A stretch of DNA of 32,000 bases from positions 60,001 through 92,000 of the forward strand of contig JBHLRO010000013.1 of assembly GCA_048882505.1 (NCBI GenBank), read 5' to 3'. The translations under genes were made by a program, and so were the position numbers. Positions within the stretch are counted from its first letter, which is position 1, and each line of letters opens with the position of its first letter. Source of the DNA: Candidatus Thorarchaeota archaeon (GTDB lineage: Archaea > Asgardarchaeota > Heimdallarchaeia > Hodarchaeales > Hodarchaeaceae). This document shows, piece after piece, positions 28,096 through 32,000 of the stretch. Below the pieces are notes generated by a model. That model ran no database searches. It was not told the DNA's origin and was given only the letters and a program-made list of their open reading frames with translations.

Positions 28096-28963
28096 TTTCC
28101 CGCGTCACTTCATTCAGGTCGCAAATCCGTAATTCATGAAGATACCGTAGATGTTTTCTGGCAATAATGGGTGTAATTCCCAGTTCCGTGGCAAGTGTGT
28201 CAAGAGCTAGTGTTTTAACTTTTTTTCTCTCAAAATAATCAATGATGTACAAAACGATTTTCCCTACCTCACTCTCCTGCAGAATGGTTCTGAGATGGCG
28301 ACTTCGTACCAAATCGCTTTTGCTCGGGTCAGCCTGTTCAAGTTGCCCTGCGCGTACTTCGGCCCGTTTAACTTCAGCCTGCATCTGGCTTAGTATTTCT
28401 CGATGTCCTGCCTCTATCTCTCTTATCTCCCCTTCTGTTTGTTGCAGAAGATCTTGAAGTTTCGAAATTTGCATAAGGTAGGTCTGCTGCTCCTCCTTGG
28501 CACCATGTATTGCCTTAATATACTCATTAAGCTGTATGAGCTGGTTTTCAATGATCTGATTTTTATCGTTAATGATTGTCTGAGCGGTCTTATACTCCTT
28601 CTGCAGAAGTTGCAGTTCCTGTTCTCTTTCGGTCAAAATATTCCTAGTGGCTATTAATTGGGCTTTTAATTCTGAAACTTGAGCTGAGTATTCTTGAATT
28701 TGGGAATCGATTGCGTCTTGTTTCAGTATCAGTTGTGCTTCTAATGTACCAATAGTTTCTTTTTGATTCTGGACTTTGAGGGCTAGTTTAGAAGAATCAT
28801 TGTCGATTTCTCTTATGATCTGTCTTTTTTCATCAGTGGGTCCTTTGGCTAGAGCATTAATATGTTTAGATTTCATTTCTTTAGGAACAAGCTGGCTGTC
28901 TTCACCCCCTTCTTCGCTAAGAGATGCTTCTTCCGATGAAGTCGGATCTTCGCTATCAGCCAT
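28079..28963 (-). CDS. Coiled-coil protein with acidic N-terminus and predicted C-terminal winged-helix domain
   Basis: Ser/Glu-rich first ~25 aa; ~160 aa of Q/E/K/L heptad-like sequence; C-terminal TLALDTLATELGITPIIARKHLRYLHELRICDL is HTH-like. Confidence 0.75.
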   Translation of the reverse strand: MADSEDPTSSEEASLSEEGGEDSQLVPKEMKSKHINALAKGPTDEKRQIIREIDNDSSKLALKVQNQKETIGTLEAQLILKQDAIDSQIQEYSAQVSELKAQLIATRNILTEREQELQLLQKEYKTAQTIINDKNQIIENQLIQLNEYIKAIHGAKEEQQTYLMQISKLQDLLQQTEGEIREIEAGHREILSQMQAEVKRAEVRAGQLEQADPSKSDLVRSRHLRTILQESEVGKIVLYIIDYFERKKVKTLALDTLATELGITPIIARKHLRYLHELRICDLNEVTREIKLVS

Positions 28964-29472
28964 AGTCTATAAACCCAATGATTGTGTAATTTGATCTTAA
29001 ATCATTTCATCTACTGTTACTTTAAAAAGTCAATTAATCAATCTTGTATCAAAAATACTTGGTATGAAATCTGTATAATCGTTTTTATTGGAAAATTATG
29101 GGTGATAGATTAGCGTCTGGCTCTTTGGGAGAGTGAAAAATAATGTCTTATTCAGAGATTAGCTAGCATATAACTCAAGAAAAAATATATCTTGCTGAGG
29201 GAGTATAATTGTTTGACAACGGAGATGATAACTTCAAACGCACTTTCTTACCGTGAAAGCATGATAACGCTTATAAAATCGCGAAAAAAGGATTGAGGGA
29301 GGAAAAACCAACCCTACAATGCGGTAGGATCTGATCTTTAATATTGGTCCGAGTAAATAGCTCATGGTTTATTGACCCCTCTGATAACCTAAAAGAATTC
29401 TAATTGTACGAATCGTTATATAGGCCACGTTTTTACATTTACAACTAGTGCATATGAGACAGGTCGAGGAAA

Positions 29473-30627
29473 CTGAAGAATTGGAGTGCAATTGTATTGG
29501 CAGGCGGGGTTGGTTCCCGGCTTCGTCCGTTGACTGAAAACATCCCCAAGCCGCTCGTACCCGTTGCGAACAAGCCGATGATAGATTATAGTTTAGAACT
29601 TCTTAGAAATAATGGAATCACGAGGAATATAATCATTGTAACGAAATTCATGGGGAATAAGATCAGGAGATACCTTGACCAAGCCGCCCAGTTCGATGAC
29701 TTAGAATATATAATACCTAATGTGAACCCCGTGGGTACAGCAGATGCTGTACGTCTGGTCGCAGATTTAATTGACACAGAACGCTTTATAGTGTCGATGG
29801 CTGACATAATTACAAATGTTCCAATTACAGACTTTCAAAAGTTTCACGAGGAAAAAAATAGTACGGCTAGTATAACGTTAAAAGATATTGCCTATCCTCG
29901 AGCTTTCGGAGTAATTATGCTTAATAAAGAATCTCGAATACTCCTATTCTTGGAGAAGCCACTTCCCCAAGAATTAAATTTTGTGACTTTAACGTTTGCC
30001 AAAAAACAAGCCATACGTCTCCAATCAAATCTCGTGAATACGGGACTATATTGTTTTAATCGAGAAATACTAGGAGTTCTCGATAGATTAACAGATCTTA
30101 CGGACTTCGGAAAAGACATCCTCCCGTACCTCGCTCGGGAATATGGGGTGTACGGGTATGAAAGACGTGATTACTACTGGATGGATGCTGGAAATCCTCA
30201 AACCTACCTATATTCTAACTGGGATGTTCTCCGTAGATGGGCGTTTCCTCATTTTCCAAGAGCAACGGCTGAAGAAAATGGTGTGTGGTATGAAGGTCCT
30301 CGTCCCGACTTTTCATCTTCTGTACAACTCCAGTTTCCATTAGTTCTTGGAAGAGATTTAGAACTCGGTGATAATACTAAAATTGGGCCGCTCACAGCGA
30401 TAAGTGATAGAGTACGTATTGGTAAGGACACAACTATCGAGGCATCGGTAATATGGCACGATGTCCATATTGGTAGCAAGACAACGATAAAGGAATCGAT
30501 TGTGTGTAACGATGTAGTAATACCTGATGGTTCACATTTAGCACAAGGTACAGTAATTGCTCCTGGCGTCCATTTGACGGAACCCGTATCAACTCAAAAA
30601 GGGGAAATAATCAGGAAAATAGAATAA
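29473..30627 (+). CDS. NDP-sugar synthase (mannose-1-phosphate guanylyltransferase-like) with LbH hexapeptide tail
   Basis: SAIVLAGGVGSRLRPLTENIPKPLVPVANKPMI, PVGTADAV, FLEKP, NTGLY, YWMDAGNP and C-terminal hexapeptide repeats. TTG 29497 (ORF track) cuts the first beta-strand; CTG 29473 is the proposed start, and the start is uncertain. Confidence 0.92.
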   Translation: MKNWSAIVLAGGVGSRLRPLTENIPKPLVPVANKPMIDYSLELLRNNGITRNIIIVTKFMGNKIRRYLDQAAQFDDLEYIIPNVNPVGTADAVRLVADLIDTERFIVSMADIITNVPITDFQKFHEEKNSTASITLKDIAYPRAFGVIMLNKESRILLFLEKPLPQELNFVTLTFAKKQAIRLQSNLVNTGLYCFNREILGVLDRLTDLTDFGKDILPYLAREYGVYGYERRDYYWMDAGNPQTYLYSNWDVLRRWAFPHFPRATAEENGVWYEGPRPDFSSSVQLQFPLVLGRDLELGDNTKIGPLTAISDRVRIGKDTTIEASVIWHDVHIGSKTTIKESIVCNDVVIPDGSHLAQGTVIAPGVHLTEPVSTQKGEIIRKIE

Positions 30628-30632
30628 ATAGA

Positions 30633-32000
30633 ATGGCAACGAGATGGTTTGTAATGTCACCCGAGTCTTCTTCTAAACATCTAGATCGACCTTACTTTCG
30701 GTGGGGAAGGATTATGGGGTTTTCGAACAAGGTACTAACTGTAGAGGTGGCGTCGCTTCTGGGTGGCGCTATGGGCACAATTCTTGATCTAGATTCAATT
30801 GTCTTGATCGCGCGTGATTATCGTCGAGATTCTAGGGCGTTAAAAAGGGGTTTTTCTGGGGGACTTATGGCAAGCGGAACTGAGGTGATTGATCTTCGAG
30901 CTACGCCGACTAGTGTCCTTCAATTTTCGATCCGACGATTTGGTGCTGATGCTGGAGTGATGTTTACTCGATCGCACAATTTAGCAGGCATGGTTTCTAT
31001 TCGATTATTCGATTATACTGGAATTGAATTTAATAGTCAAACAACTCGTAAGATTATTGATCTGGCCGAAAATCGGGATATTAAATGGGTTAATCCATCA
31101 AACGTCGGCTGGTTAAGCGTAGCTGATGCCATGACTATTTATGGGAGGGCTGTAGCAGGATTCTTCGGAGAAAACAAGAAAGATCTCGAATCAGCACAGT
31201 TAAAAGTTGTTATCGACTGTGGTTGCGGCCCTGCTTCTTATATCTTGCCAGACTTAATGAGCGAGTTAGGATGTGAAGTTATAACCCTCAACGCTCATCG
31301 TCCACGGAATCCCTTATTCCTTCCTAATCCTCAATCGCTTTTCCGGCTTAAAGAAACGGTCAGGGCGACAGGGGCGGATTTAGGGGTAGCTCTCGATGCA
31401 GAGGCACGACATGCCGTCTTCGTGGATAGCAGTGGAAAAACCCGAACTGCTGAAGAAACAGCTTTAATAATCCTGAACTCTAGATACAAATCAAATCCCC
31501 AAGCTACCGTGGTGATTGGAGACACGGTACACCCTTTGGCTTATCGGAAATTACCTAACAAGAAGGTTTTTGTGGGACATGAAGAACCAGGCGAGGCAGC
31601 AAGAGCTGTGTTAGAGCATCGCGCCATTTACGGATTTAATGACACTGGTCTCAATATCCGCCCAGTTTTTTCCCCTGGTTCAGATGCTATAGTTACAACT
31701 TTAAGTATCATGACTGAACTCGCCCAGAGTTCTCTGAGATCGACTCAATTATTCGATAATTACGAGATTCCTTATCAAAAAAAGACTTCAATCGCTCTTC
31801 CTCTGAACAAAATGCTTTCTTTTTTCCGAACCGTCCTAAATCAGCCTCCTGATGGATTTATATGTGTCGATACATTTCTAGGCATCAAATTAATAACTCC
31901 AACCAGGGAATGGATCCATCTATCTCTGGGAGACGGAGATGACATGCTCCAAGTTGAAGTATATGATCCAAATGACAATATCAACAGAAAGAATGATTTG
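30633..32000 (+). CDS. Alpha-D-phosphohexomutase (PMM/PGM/GlmM) family protein with degenerate metal-binding loop; runs off the right edge
   Basis: Absent from the ORF track; hand-translated (ATG 30633 or 30654): VLIARDYRRDSRALK, PTSVLQFSIRRFGADAGVMFTRSHN, LKVVIDCGCG, GCEVITLN, GADLGVALDAEARH and SDAIV. Open to 32000. Confidence 0.9.
   Translation, partial: MATRWFVMSPESSSKHLDRPYFRWGRIMGFSNKVLTVEVASLLGGAMGTILDLDSIVLIARDYRRDSRALKRGFSGGLMASGTEVIDLRATPTSVLQFSIRRFGADAGVMFTRSHNLAGMVSIRLFDYTGIEFNSQTTRKIIDLAENRDIKWVNPSNVGWLSVADAMTIYGRAVAGFFGENKKDLESAQLKVVIDCGCGPASYILPDLMSELGCEVITLNAHRPRNPLFLPNPQSLFRLKETVRATGADLGVALDAEARHAVFVDSSGKTRTAEETALIILNSRYKSNPQATVVIGDTVHPLAYRKLPNKKVFVGHEEPGEAARAVLEHRAIYGFNDTGLNIRPVFSPGSDAIVTTLSIMTELAQSSLRSTQLFDNYEIPYQKKTSIALPLNKMLSFFRTVLNQPPDGFICVDTFLGIKLITPTREWIHLSLGDGDDMLQVEVYDPNDNINRKNDL

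Noticed and set aside
28964-29472. Long intergenic region checked for tRNA, ncRNA or CRISPR; short hairpin CCTAC-N6-GTAGG near 29315-29330
   Set aside because: No cloverleaf, no repeat-spacer periodicity, and the hairpin is only 5 bp; consistent with divergent promoters.

Overview
Gene-dense, AT-rich archaeal-style chromosomal window with about 28 CDSs. I recognise no rRNA, tRNA, CRISPR array or transposase. The host is probably an Asgard archaeon (inferred from longin-like domains, a long TPR protein, archaeal oapABC genes and GAGG/GGTGA-type RBS). The standout is a pair of paralogous genes (883-2490 and 5672-7360), each a 12-TM MFS transporter fused directly to a C-terminal longin-like domain, an architecture I do not recognise as described and a candidate transceptor system. 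Other notable items are an oapABC/arvABC small-GTPase operon converging on a coiled-coil/winged-helix gene, a stand-alone Type ISP-like adenine methyltransferase with no nuclease or helicase, a phosphohexomutase homologue with a degenerate metal loop, an ArsM-like methyltransferase with one Cys, and two genes whose conserved N-termini need a non-canonical start codon or a 1-nt correction. The rest is housekeeping and transport: M42 peptidase, MsrB, UbiA, BtpA, two ZIP transporters, two DMT/EamA transporters, MscS, Nudix, an HTH regulator, a heterodimeric ABC exporter, a plain MFS and an NDP-sugar synthase. All family calls come from motif recognition by eye; no database searches were run.
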